Shown here: in pieces, positions 1-8,555 of the stretch
Numbering within the stretch: position 1 is the stretch's first letter
How the letters are laid out: each line of letters begins with the position of its first letter
Assembly: GCA_040756235.1 (NCBI GenBank)
Contig: JBFLZG010000111.1
Span: forward strand, 1-21,338
Direction: 5' to 3'
Origin: a bacterium
GTDB lineage: Bacteria > Desulfobacterota > DSWW01
DNA: 21,338 bases
Translations under genes and position numbers: made by a program
Notes under the pieces: model-generated
The model's input: only the letters and a program-made list of their open reading frames with translations
What the model was told of the DNA's origin: nothing
Database searches by the model: none

Positions 1-146
1 ATCGAAGCCCTGGTCTGCGCCTTGGCGAGAAACTGGAGGGTCTCCTGCTCGTCGATGAAGACCGCCTCGCCCGCGGCAGCCAACCCGAGAAGCGCCAGGA
101 GACCGAACAGGGCTGCAACAGTCCACGCCTTCCCTCTCAGCTTCAT
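1..146 (-). CDS. 5' part of a probable exported protein (truncated by the window edge)
   Basis: Not in the ORF track. Read by hand: ATG at 146 after AAGGGGGGG, giving MKLRGKAWTVAALFGLLALLGLAAAGEAVFIDEQETLQFLAKAQTRAS..., a basic N-region, hydrophobic core and AxA-type cleavage site. The frame stays open to the window end. Confidence 0.7.
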   Translation of the reverse strand, partial: MKLRGKAWTVAALFGLLALLGLAAAGEAVFIDEQETLQFLAKAQTRAS

Positions 147-215
147 CGTTTCCCCCCCTTCTGAGCTGTCGACAGAAGACAAAGTCGGAGGTGCTCTTCG
201 ACGCCCTCCGTGGAT

Positions 216-1325
216 CTACTGGGCCCGCCGAACGCTCACCCCCATCTCCTGGATGTCCCGCAGCGCGGGCTCCGGATCGATCAGATGCCCCATCATTCGC
301 ACCCCGGTCATCCCCTGAAAGGAACCTGCCCTGTACTGGCGCAGGAACGCGACCACCGTCGCGCCGGTGGCGAAGTAGTTGTCCTCGTGCTCGATGACGA
401 TCCGCAGCCGCCCGTCTTGCCCGCCACGCTGTCCCCATGCGTCCAGTACGTTGCAGAACCCGCTGGGCTCGTGAGCCATTCCTTTGGCCACCCGGAAGAT
501 CAGCCTGGCCAGTGTCGGCCAGCCGAGGCGCGGCCGGATGCGGTCGAGGCCCAGGATCAGGCTCTTCATCAGGTAGTCGACCACGGGGTTCGGGCTCGCA
601 GCGTAGAGGCTCAGCTCTTCCAGCCCGAGCAGGGCGGGCAGCGCGTGCAGCTCCGGCATGTCGATCGCGAACGCCTTGCGCACGCCGAACCGCTCTCCGA
701 AGTCGATCGTGACGGTGTCCTGGAGCGACTTCTTCCGCCACTTCCCGCCCTCGTAGGCCACGGGCCGGGTCTTCAGGATGAAGTCGAACACGTCGTAGAC
801 CTGCTCATATCTCTCCGCTGTCTTCAGACTCAGGGCAAGCCCGAGCCGCGCACCGCGGAGACGGTCGAAGGAGGCGTGCGCGAGCCGGACGACCGCCGCA
901 GGCATCCCCGGGGCGAGCCCGCCCTGCGTGACCAGGAGCCGCCCGGATCTCTCCGCCTGCTCTGCGAACCGGTTCAGGTTCTCGACCACGTCGGGTCCGT
1001 CGAGGATGTCGAAGTAGTCGCAGCCGGCATCCAGACAAGCCCGCGCGACGCTGCCGGTCGCGCTCGCGGTCGATGATGCGACGACCGCGAGATCGGCGCC
1101 TCGGAAAATCTCCGCCAGTCCCGCCGAGTCGGCGGCGTCGGCACGGGAAACCGTGACCCGCCCCTGTGCGCCGGCCGTGTGCAGCTCGTCGAGGAGCTCC
1201 CGTGCCCGGTCCGCGTTCCTGTCCGCGATGAGGACGGATGCGTCCAAGTGCCGGACGAGCAGGTGCACGATCGACCTGCCGGCCTGTCCGGCTCCGCCGA
1301 GGACCGCGATCTTCTTGATCTGCAT
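216..1325 (-). CDS. Saccharopine dehydrogenase-like NAD(P)-binding oxidoreductase
   Basis: N-terminal Rossmann motif IAVLGGAGQAG, IADRN, ACLDAGCDYFD and GGLAPG motifs. Start MQIKK at 1325 follows GGAGG; the TTG at 1391 overlapping the MFS stop is an alternative start. Confidence 0.8.
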   Translation of the reverse strand: MQIKKIAVLGGAGQAGRSIVHLLVRHLDASVLIADRNADRARELLDELHTAGAQGRVTVSRADAADSAGLAEIFRGADLAVVASSTASATGSVARACLDAGCDYFDILDGPDVVENLNRFAEQAERSGRLLVTQGGLAPGMPAAVVRLAHASFDRLRGARLGLALSLKTAERYEQVYDVFDFILKTRPVAYEGGKWRKKSLQDTVTIDFGERFGVRKAFAIDMPELHALPALLGLEELSLYAASPNPVVDYLMKSLILGLDRIRPRLGWPTLARLIFRVAKGMAHEPSGFCNVLDAWGQRGGQDGRLRIVIEHEDNYFATGATVVAFLRQYRAGSFQGMTGVRMMGHLIDPEPALRDIQEMGVSVRRAQ

Positions 1326-1387
1326 GCCCGTGCCGCCTCCGGGTTGTGTGCCGCGCCCGAGGATCTCTCGCGCCGGGCGCGACCGGG

Positions 1388-2707
1388 TCAAACGCTGCTC
1401 TCTCCCAGCCTCCGGATGTCCCTGTCATGGAACCGCGCCGCCGTGAAGAACAGGAAAGCGCCCAGGAAACAGATCAGGGGAAGGAACAGAAAGGCCGCGC
1501 CCAGGTCGGGGCTGCCGGGCGTGCCCAGGATATCGGAAAGCCAGCCGACGATGAGCGGCGAGTAGGCGCCCAGCGTTCCGTACGTGATCAGCACCAGGAC
1601 GCCCATGCTGATGCTCCGAAGCGACCGGGGCACCATGTCCTGGCTGACCGAGTAGGCCGGAGCCACGCCGGCAAACCCCACGACCGCAAACAGGATGAAA
1701 ACGACGAACGATGCGGAGAACATCTCGTGCCGATCCAGGAACAGCCCGAGGTAGAACAAGAGCCCGAAGAGGCACGCGAGCACCGCCGCGGTCAGGGGTC
1801 TGGCATTGGCGCGCCGGCGCTTCCACCGATCCGCGGCCATGCCGCCCAGAATGGGTCCCATCAGTGCGAACAGGATGACCACGCCCACCAGGGCGGAGGC
1901 CTGGGCGACCGTGATGCCGCGGACCCGAACGAAATAGGTCGGCATCCAGTGCAGGACCGCATTGCCTGCAAAGGCTACGGCCCCGGCCCCGAACGAGGCG
2001 AACAACAAGGTAGGCGTCCTCAGGACCTCCAGGATGCCTTGCCACAGGCTCAGCTTCTGCTGTCCGCTGGAGGCATAGACGATCTCGGTCGTCTTGTAGT
2101 CGCGTGTGAACAGGATCAGGACCGCGAGGATCACCCCGGGGACGGAGAAGGCATAGAACGGCGCCCGCCAACCCAGGCCGAACAGGTTCGCCTGCGCCGC
2201 ATAGCCGGCAAGGGCGATCCCCAGGAGGGTCCCCAGGGGTTGTCCCAAAGTAAACACGCCTGCGACCTTGGCCCGCGCCCTCTCCGGAAACGAAGCGGAG
2301 ACAAAGGCCATGCCGCCGGGTGCAAAGCCGGCCTCCCCGATGCCCACGCCGGCCCGAGCTACGAACAATCCGGCGGCCGCCGTGCTCGCCCCGGTCCAGC
2401 AGGTCGCGATGCTCCACAGGAAGGCGACGATCGAGATCGCCCCTTTTCGACTCCACCGGTCGAGGAGAACGGAAACGGGAATGATCAGCACGGCGACGGT
2501 CAGGTAGACGAGGGTCCCCAGGAGGCCGCACTGGGCATCGGTCAGCCCCAGGTCCTGCTTGATCAGCGGCAGGCTCACGGAGAGCACCATCCGGTCCATG
2601 AAGTTGAGGATGTACAGCAGGGTCACGACGGTCAGGGTGAATACCGCCCGGCCGCCGCCTTCCCGAAAATCAGATGCGCGCTCACCCGCAGGAGCCGGTG
2701 TGCTCAT
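1388..2707 (-). CDS. MFS transporter (spinster/ACS-like)
   Basis: About 12 hydrophobic segments, LNFMDR in TM1, motif A LDRWSRK, ARAGVGIGEAG and a second-half ADRW motif. Confidence 0.92.
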   Translation of the reverse strand: MSTPAPAGERASDFREGGGRAVFTLTVVTLLYILNFMDRMVLSVSLPLIKQDLGLTDAQCGLLGTLVYLTVAVLIIPVSVLLDRWSRKGAISIVAFLWSIATCWTGASTAAAGLFVARAGVGIGEAGFAPGGMAFVSASFPERARAKVAGVFTLGQPLGTLLGIALAGYAAQANLFGLGWRAPFYAFSVPGVILAVLILFTRDYKTTEIVYASSGQQKLSLWQGILEVLRTPTLLFASFGAGAVAFAGNAVLHWMPTYFVRVRGITVAQASALVGVVILFALMGPILGGMAADRWKRRRANARPLTAAVLACLFGLLFYLGLFLDRHEMFSASFVVFILFAVVGFAGVAPAYSVSQDMVPRSLRSISMGVLVLITYGTLGAYSPLIVGWLSDILGTPGSPDLGAAFLFLPLICFLGAFLFFTAARFHDRDIRRLGESSV

Positions 2708-2737
2708 GGGTCCCCCCTGTTAGGGAGCGGCTTGCTC

Positions 2738-4000
2738 TTACAGCAGGCCGCCCGTGTACGGGAGCGTTCGGATGTCCTTACGGAAGTCGGCCAGCTGATC
2801 GCAGCCGTCCCGGTTCACGACCACGAGATCCTCGTTCCCGTAGACCTCCGGGACGATGCTGGTGAGCTTGCTGAAATCGCCCCTCCAGTCCACGACCCAG
2901 ACCTCCACGGCCATGACCATTCCCTCCTCGAACACCGCTTCCTCATCCTCGGAGATCGCCGGCGGCTCGTGATGGTTCATGCCCATGCCGTGCCCGGCCA
3001 TCTCGATGCGCGGCTCGATCCCGCTTTCTCTCAGCACCTCCGCGATGACCTCCAGGAGGACCTTGGTCTTGACCCCGGGCTTGATGGCCGCAATCGCTTG
3101 CGCCTGGGCCCGGTCGACGGCTTCGGACTTGCGCTGCGCCTCTTCCGGAAGGGGCCCGATCTGAAACACGCGGCAGCAGCTCCCGTAATACCCCTTGTAG
3201 GACGGGATCGGCTCGAACACGATGCGGTCGCCGGGCGCAAGCCCCACCTCGTCATAGAACGAAGGCGTATCCGGCATGACCACGCGGCGGGAGGAGGACG
3301 TGGCGATCGGCGGCGTGCAGTCTTCCGTGTAGTCGAGGATCGCGTGCCGGATCAGGCTGCCCACGTCGCGCTCGCTCATCCCCAGCTCGAATTTCGCCAC
3401 GAGATCGCCGTAGGCGCGGGCCACCGCCTGCGCGGCTTTGCGTATCGCCCCCACCTCGCCGGCCGACTTGATCATGCGGCACTTCCAGATGACGTCGGCT
3501 GCCTCCACGAAGCTGGCGCCTTCGAGGGACTGCCGGAAGCGGTCGATGTCGTTGATCGGACGGGGGACGGCCATCCCCCCCTGCCATCCGGCCTCGACCC
3601 CGACGTTCCCCCGGCCGTACCCGAGATCCTTGACCGTGTCGGCGACGTCCACGGGAACATGCCGGATGTTCCTCGTCACGTGCGGCTTGGGCAGCAGCCG
3701 GATGTCGCGCAGGTAGGTGTACCCTTCCGCCACCTGGCTGAAGAAGTCCGGGACCACGATCACCGGGTCCTTATCGATGGGGATCACGACCACGGCCGGC
3801 TGGATGCTCATCGCGAGCCAATGGAGCGACTGGAAACCGGTGAAGTAACGGATGTTGACCGGATCCCAGAGCACGAGGACGTCGATGTTGCTCTCGCTCA
3901 TGTGCTTCCTGGCCCGGCCGAGGCGTTGCTCGTATTCGCTGCGCGGGAAGTCCGCATAGAGGGGGCTGTTCCAGACCCGCTGGGATTGCTTGATCAACAT
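2738..4000 (-). CDS. M24 (Xaa-Pro peptidase/creatinase/EutD-like) pita-bread fold hydrolase
   Basis: Creatinase_N-like start (FPRSEYEQRL...DPVNIRYFTGF), RMIKS..E, GHGMGMNHHEPP, GMVMAVE and NEDLVVV. GAGGAGGAG RBS upstream. Confidence 0.88.
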   Translation of the reverse strand: MLIKQSQRVWNSPLYADFPRSEYEQRLGRARKHMSESNIDVLVLWDPVNIRYFTGFQSLHWLAMSIQPAVVVIPIDKDPVIVVPDFFSQVAEGYTYLRDIRLLPKPHVTRNIRHVPVDVADTVKDLGYGRGNVGVEAGWQGGMAVPRPINDIDRFRQSLEGASFVEAADVIWKCRMIKSAGEVGAIRKAAQAVARAYGDLVAKFELGMSERDVGSLIRHAILDYTEDCTPPIATSSSRRVVMPDTPSFYDEVGLAPGDRIVFEPIPSYKGYYGSCCRVFQIGPLPEEAQRKSEAVDRAQAQAIAAIKPGVKTKVLLEVIAEVLRESGIEPRIEMAGHGMGMNHHEPPAISEDEEAVFEEGMVMAVEVWVVDWRGDFSKLTSIVPEVYGNEDLVVVNRDGCDQLADFRKDIRTLPYTGGLL

Positions 4001-4056
4001 GGCGGCTCCTCCTCATCCTCGAGTCGGTCCCGGCCGGCTGAGCGGCGGCGATCGCT

Positions 4057-4473
4057 CTACCTCTTCTCCACCCGCACCTTGAACTCCACTCCGCCCAGCC
4101 CGCCCAGGTCGAGGCCGGGGTCGTTGCACCGGAACCCGCTCATGTGGGCCATCGGGTCGCCCTTGTGGTAAATACGGTCCATGAGGAGATGACCCTTGTC
4201 GATGAGCGGCCCGATCGCGCCCAGGCACAGGGGGGCCGTGCTCTCCTGCACGTTGATCTGGGTCGCGTTGTCCACCACCAGCTTGTGCCCGGGCTGCAGG
4301 CCCGCGAAGCAGTACTTCGAGCTCACGACCTCGGCCACGAGCCGGTAGTCGCCGATGACCGGCATGGCGTTGAGGAGCTCTTCCTCCATCTCGGGGGTCA
4401 CCTTTTCCATGTCGGCTTGCGACATGCCGAACATCTGAGCCGCCATCGTCCTGAGCCCTTCATCACGAATCAT
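4057..4473 (-). CDS. Conserved three-Cys protein, TIGR04076-like
   Basis: Pattern VAEVVSSKYCFAGLQPG...LCLGAIGPL...CNDPG...VEFKV matches my recollection of the TIGR04076 family. It is the first gene after the promoter. Confidence 0.65.
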   Translation of the reverse strand: MIRDEGLRTMAAQMFGMSQADMEKVTPEMEEELLNAMPVIGDYRLVAEVVSSKYCFAGLQPGHKLVVDNATQINVQESTAPLCLGAIGPLIDKGHLLMDRIYHKGDPMAHMSGFRCNDPGLDLGGLGGVEFKVRVEKR

Positions 4474-4535
4474 GTCCCACCCCTTTGCTTCTCTTGCGCC
4501 GTGGACCTGCCGGCTTTCTTCACCACGGGACGAGT

Positions 4536-4577
4536 TCTACCATAAAGTTCGACCGGCCGGTCGAACTTTATGGTAGA
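4536..4577. promoter_or_regulatory. Perfect 42-bp palindrome, probable operator
   Basis: TCTACCATAAAGTTCGACCGG|CCGGTCGAACTTTATGGTAGA: 21 of 21 pairs with no loop, overlapping the -10 of the minus-strand promoter. Confidence 0.75.
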
Positions 4578-4593
4578 GCCGGTCCGTTGTCAA
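4565..4593 (-). promoter_or_regulatory. sigma70-type promoter of the left operon
   Basis: Minus strand TTGACA (4593-4588), 17-nt spacer, TAAAGT (4570-4565). Confidence 0.7.
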
Positions 4594-4677
4594 GAGCTTT
4601 TTCTCGAAGCCTTGTTTCCGGGGCCGCACGGGGAAGCCCCCGGAGAAGGAGAATCAGGCAGGTCGGAGGTTCTTCCG

Positions 4678-5382
4678 TCAGTCGCCGTAATCGATCGGAT
4701 CCGAGACTCCGGCTGCGGCGAACCCCTTCCGTCTCAGCAGGCAGCTGTCACACCGCCCGCAGGCGGGACGGTCGGCAGGCGGGTCGTAGCAGCTGTGGGT
4801 CATGGCGTAGTCCACGCCCAGGGACAGGCCCTTGGCGATGATCTCGGCCTTGGTCATGTGGAGCAGAGGCGCACGGATCCGGACCGGCCGGCCCTCCACA
4901 CCCGCCCGGGTCGCGACCTCAACGAGCCGCTGGAAGGCTTCGATGAAGGCGGGCCGGCAATCGGGATACCCGGAGAAATCGATGGCATTGACGCCGATGA
5001 AGATCTCCAGCGCCCCGATCACCTCGGCCCAGGCCAGAGCGAAGGAAAGAAAGACCGTGTTGCGGGCCGGCACGTAGGTGGACGGAATGCCGCCCGCGGC
5101 GATCGCGTCGGGGTCGCGGCCCTTGGGAATCTCCCCGCCGGCCGTGAGGGCGGATCCGCCGATCGTGCGCATGTCGAAGTCGACCACGATGTGGCGCTTC
5201 ACTCCGAAGCGGACGGCGATCCTGGCCGCCCGGTCCAGTTCCTGCAAGTGCCGCTGGCCGTAACGGAAACTCAGGGCGTAGAGCTCACGCCCTTCCTCCC
5301 GCGCGATGGCCAGGCAGGTCGTGGAGTCCACGCCGCCGCTCAAGAGAATGATGGCTCTTTCACGATCCGGGGCGCGTTCCAT
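4678..5382 (-). CDS. queC: 7-cyano-7-deazaguanine synthase
   Basis: SGGVDST PP-loop, YGQRH, TYVPARN, SGYPDCR, and Zn ligands SCY...CGRCDSC. Confidence 0.96.
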   Translation of the reverse strand: MERAPDRERAIILLSGGVDSTTCLAIAREEGRELYALSFRYGQRHLQELDRAARIAVRFGVKRHIVVDFDMRTIGGSALTAGGEIPKGRDPDAIAAGGIPSTYVPARNTVFLSFALAWAEVIGALEIFIGVNAIDFSGYPDCRPAFIEAFQRLVEVATRAGVEGRPVRIRAPLLHMTKAEIIAKGLSLGVDYAMTHSCYDPPADRPACGRCDSCLLRRKGFAAAGVSDPIDYGD

Positions 5383-5405
5383 GGAAGTACGCTTTCTTCT
5401 TCCTG

Positions 5406-5693
5406 GTCATTCCGGAGGGGCCTGGACATCCGGAATCCGGTCCGCCGGCCTTTTCCGTCATTGCGGCGAAAAGCCGAAATTCTGTCCCACTCGGCCAGGT
5501 GCTTTTCCCCGTCACCCCGGCGAAGGCCGGGGACCAGTCCCTGCACCCCTGATTGCAGCTGCTCTGGCGGCACGCTTCTGGATCCCGGCTGGCACTCGCC
5601 GCGCACACGGGCCGGGATGACGAAACACGATACAGCCTCGCGGCTGAACACAGCTCCTTCCGGCACCCCGGCGCAGGCCGGGGTCCAGTCCCT
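5406..5693. repeat. Cluster of CGTC-type REP palindromes, including one full REP doublet (5510-5622)
   Basis: GTCATTCCGG..CCGGAATC (~5407), CGTCATTGCGGCGAAAAGCCG (~5456), CGTCACCCCGGCGAAGGCCGGGG...CCGGGATGACG (5510-5622) and CACCCCGGCGCAGGCCGGGGTCCAGTCCCTG (~5664). Confidence 0.85.
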
Positions 5694-5757
5694 GCTCGCG
5701 GTTCGCCCATGGAGCCCGCTGCGGGCGCAGCAAGCAGCGCCCCTCCTCGCGCCGCCC

Positions 5758-7089
5758 TCACGGCCGCGCATCGTTGAGGCGGTCGCCCAGGCGCATCGCC
5801 CCGCGCACCGCCCGGCTGATCAGGGCCCGGGCCGGCTCCGGCGGCCAGGGAATCGTGGTCCGGTTCACGAAGAACATGTCCGTGAGATCGGTCTTCTTTT
5901 CCAGCACGAGATCCGCAAGGGTCTTGCCGTTCAAATGGCTCAGGGAAACCCCGTGGCCCACGCAGCCCAGGCTGTAGACGATCCTCCTGTCCCCCAGCCT
6001 GCCCAATGCCGGAGCCAGATCCAGGGGGACCGAGACCGGGCCGCCCCAGCGATGGGTGAAGGAGAGGTCCCTGAGATCCGGGAAGATCCTGCGCACGTCC
6101 TTCTCCAGCCCGAGAAAGGTTTGCTCGTTGCGGTCCCGGTCCATGTCCGAGCCGCGCGCCAGGCTCACGTCCCTGCCGCCCATGACCAGCCGGTTGTCCG
6201 CAGTGAGCCGATAATAGTGCACGAGCTCCCGGCCGTCCTCGATTCCCTGCCGTCCGCTCCAGCCGATCCGCTCGAAATGTCGATCTCTCAGCGGTTCGGT
6301 CATGACGATGTGGGTCCAGACCGGGACCTGCTTCCTCTTGAGCTGCGGGATCAGGTGCGAGTAGGCGTTGGTCGCCAGCACCAGCCGGCCTGTGGTGACC
6401 TTGCCCCACGGCACCGTGAGCCGGATCTCCTTCTTGCTCTTTTCGATGCCGATGACCGGCGTCTGTTCGTACACTTCCACCTTGTGGCGCCGGATCACCT
6501 CCTTCCACGACCACGCGAGCTTGGCCGGGTTCAGGATCCCGCAGCGGGGCTCCCACCAGGCGCCGAGGTAGAGGGGGCTCCGGATCTGGTCGAGAAGCCG
6601 CTGCCTGTCCAGCCAATCGATGCCGGTGATGCCCAGCGAATGGGCCAACTCGATCTCGTGCAGGATCCGCTTCCGGTACTTCTCGGAGGTGGCCACCCGG
6701 AGGAAGCCGGGGTGCTCGTAGTCGCAATCGAGCCCCTCCGCACGAACGAGGTCGCGAACCAGGTCCACGGCCCTCTCCATGTAATGGTGGGCCTCCTTGG
6801 CGGCCTGCCGGCCGAACCGCATGGCGGTCAGGGAGAGAGTCATACCGAACAGGGTCATGGAAAATCCGCCGTTTCGCCCGCTGGCGCCGTAGCCGATCAC
6901 CTGGCTCTCGAGCAGGGCGACGTTCATCGCCGGCGCGGCCTTCTTGATGAAATAGGCGGTCGCAAGACCGGTGAACCCGCCCCCCACGATCGCCACGTCG
7001 ACTTCCCGGTTGCCCTTCAGGGGCGCACCGGGTTGGTACTCCCGCGTCGTCAGCCAATAGCTCTTTTCCCGAAAGTCATCCATCACCAT
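5758..7089 (-). CDS. FAD-dependent oxidoreductase, PuuB/OrdL (DAO) family
   Basis: SYW N-terminus, DVAIVGGGFTGL, GASGRNGG, LATNAY, YYRLTAD, WGG and GHGV motifs. Confidence 0.9.
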   Translation of the reverse strand: MVMDDFREKSYWLTTREYQPGAPLKGNREVDVAIVGGGFTGLATAYFIKKAAPAMNVALLESQVIGYGASGRNGGFSMTLFGMTLSLTAMRFGRQAAKEAHHYMERAVDLVRDLVRAEGLDCDYEHPGFLRVATSEKYRKRILHEIELAHSLGITGIDWLDRQRLLDQIRSPLYLGAWWEPRCGILNPAKLAWSWKEVIRRHKVEVYEQTPVIGIEKSKKEIRLTVPWGKVTTGRLVLATNAYSHLIPQLKRKQVPVWTHIVMTEPLRDRHFERIGWSGRQGIEDGRELVHYYRLTADNRLVMGGRDVSLARGSDMDRDRNEQTFLGLEKDVRRIFPDLRDLSFTHRWGGPVSVPLDLAPALGRLGDRRIVYSLGCVGHGVSLSHLNGKTLADLVLEKKTDLTDMFFVNRTTIPWPPEPARALISRAVRGAMRLGDRLNDARP

Positions 7090-7134
7090 CTCAGTCTCCT
7101 CGCTTCATCCGCACGATCCCGAACACGAGCCGTT

Positions 7135-7163
7135 ACGATACCATCCGGATGGCCGGTTTTCAA
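7135..7163 (-). promoter_or_regulatory. sigma70-type promoter of the FAD oxidoreductase
   Basis: Minus strand TTGAAA, 17 nt, TATCGT with an extended-10 TG. The spacer contains the 12-bp palindrome CCATCCGGATGG (7141-7152). Confidence 0.55.
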
Positions 7164-7233
7164 AGACCGGGGGAACGCCCGGCCGGCTGCAGGGTCGAGG
7201 CCTTCCGCACCCCTTGCTCCGCTCCATTTTCCT

Positions 7234-7263
7234 TTGACAGACCGACCGATTGCATCCTAGACT
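7234..7263 (+). promoter_or_regulatory. sigma70-type promoter of the E1/E2 cluster
   Basis: TTGACA (7234-7239), 18 nt, TAGACT (7258-7263). The spacer begins with GACCGACCGATT. Confidence 0.55.
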
Positions 7264-7359
7264 GCCTCGATCCCGGAGCATGCCGGACGCAGTCGAATCC
7301 GCTCGCCACAGGATCCGCAAACGGACCTTTGCTCACAGACTCTTGGCAGGGAGGCAGCC

Positions 7360-8337
7360 ATGAAGTTCAGCAGAGAGGACCTCGTGAAGCTTTACAGAAA
7401 TCTCGTGCGGGCCCGCAAGTTCGACCAGGCAGCCATCCGCATGCTGGGCCAGGGCAAGTTCACTGCTTTCTTCCATGCCGCCTACGGGGGCGAGGCGCCG
7501 GGCGTGGGAGGGACGACCTTTCTCAGGAAGGATGACTACATCTACGGACACCATCGCGGACACGGTATCCCGCATGCGGCTGGAAAGGGGATCGATCTGG
7601 TCGCCTTCATGGCCGAGCACTGCGGCAAGGCGACCGGCTCCTGCGGCGGCATGACCGGGTTCCACGCCTGCGAGCCCGAGTTCGGTCTGTATGGGGCGGG
7701 CGGGACTATCGGGTGCGCCTTCCCTCTGTCGGCCGGATGGGGCCTGGCCGCCAAGAAAGCGGGCAAAGGACAGGTTGCGGTCTGCTTCTTCGGCGACGGG
7801 TCCACGGGCCGCGGCACCATGCACGAGGCCATGAACATGTCGGCCAACTGGAAGCTGCCGATCGTGTGGGTCTGCGAGAACAACGGCATGGGCCAGTTCG
7901 TGCCGATCAAGGACGCCTACCCCCTGGAGGACATCGCCAGCATCGCCTCCGCCTACGGCATGCCCGGGGTCGTGGTGGACGGGCAGGACGTGCTTGCGGT
8001 CGCCGAGGCCGTGACGGCTGCGGTGGAGCGCGCCAGACAGGGCAAGGGGCCTTCCCTGGTCGAGTGCAAGTGCCTGCGCTTCCGATCTCACGTGGAGGGG
8101 GCGCCCGACTGGAGCCACGCCGAGCTTCGCTCCGAGGCCGAGCTGGCGGAGATGAAGAAGAAGGACCCGGTGACGCTCTACCAGAAGAGGCTGCTCCAAC
8201 AGGGAGTCCTGACCCCGGAAGAGGTCGAGCGGATCGACCGCGAGACCGACGCCGAGGTCGCCGACATGGAGCGGTTCTGCGACGAGAGCCCGTACCCCGA
8301 CAAGTCCGTCCTGAACAAGGCCGTCTACGCCGATTGA
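7360..8337 (+). CDS. acoA: TPP-dependent dehydrogenase E1 alpha subunit (acetoin dehydrogenase-like)
   Basis: HRGHG, TPP motif GDG...CENN, RFRSHVEG and KKDP. GGGAGG RBS. The acoA call rests on acoX in the same cluster. Confidence 0.8.
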   Translation: MKFSREDLVKLYRNLVRARKFDQAAIRMLGQGKFTAFFHAAYGGEAPGVGGTTFLRKDDYIYGHHRGHGIPHAAGKGIDLVAFMAEHCGKATGSCGGMTGFHACEPEFGLYGAGGTIGCAFPLSAGWGLAAKKAGKGQVAVCFFGDGSTGRGTMHEAMNMSANWKLPIVWVCENNGMGQFVPIKDAYPLEDIASIASAYGMPGVVVDGQDVLAVAEAVTAAVERARQGKGPSLVECKCLRFRSHVEGAPDWSHAELRSEAELAEMKKKDPVTLYQKRLLQQGVLTPEEVERIDRETDAEVADMERFCDESPYPDKSVLNKAVYAD

Positions 8338-8383
8338 TCCGAGCGGCAGCGAAAGGAGAGCCTGTCCCACCAGGCTCGATTCG

Positions 8384-8543
8384 AGAGGCTGTTCAAAAAT
8401 GCCCGGATGCAAGGCAGGTGAAGTCCTGAGGAATGAGGCGTGCGTGGGAACACGGTGGACCCCGGCCTTCGCCGGGGCGGGCTCCCCACGCCCCCATGCA
8501 CCACGAGCCTGACGCCGCAGATGGGCGTTTTGGGACAACCTCT
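8384..8543. mobile_element. MITE-like element, copy 1 (with an internal REP-derived segment)
   Basis: Terminal inverted repeats AGAGGCTGTT...ACAACCTCT. The ends align with the reverse complement of 9566-9692. Confidence 0.75.
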
Positions 8544-8555
8544 AAGGAGACCACC

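Noticed and set aside
1346..4171. 941-aa plus-strand ORF, and similar long ORFs such as 4570-7260, 5360-7057, 9823-11121 and 17163-19010
   Set aside because: Antisense or off-frame shadows of well-supported genes. They have no motifs and are expected in high-GC DNA.
4678..5382. queC as part of an anti-phage or DNA-modification system (QatC/Dpd-like)
   Set aside because: Canonical length and motifs of housekeeping QueC, with no defence or dpd genes adjacent.
5383..5500. preQ1 riboswitch upstream of queC
   Set aside because: No recognisable preQ1 stem-loop with an A-rich tail; the hairpins there are CGTC-type REPs. An Rfam scan would settle it.
8433..8555. N-terminal extensions in the ORF track (E1 beta; likewise MDR from 12542, SDR from 13647 and GT4 from 17067)
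   Set aside because: They translate repeat or promoter DNA. Family homology begins at downstream starts, most of which have a clear RBS.
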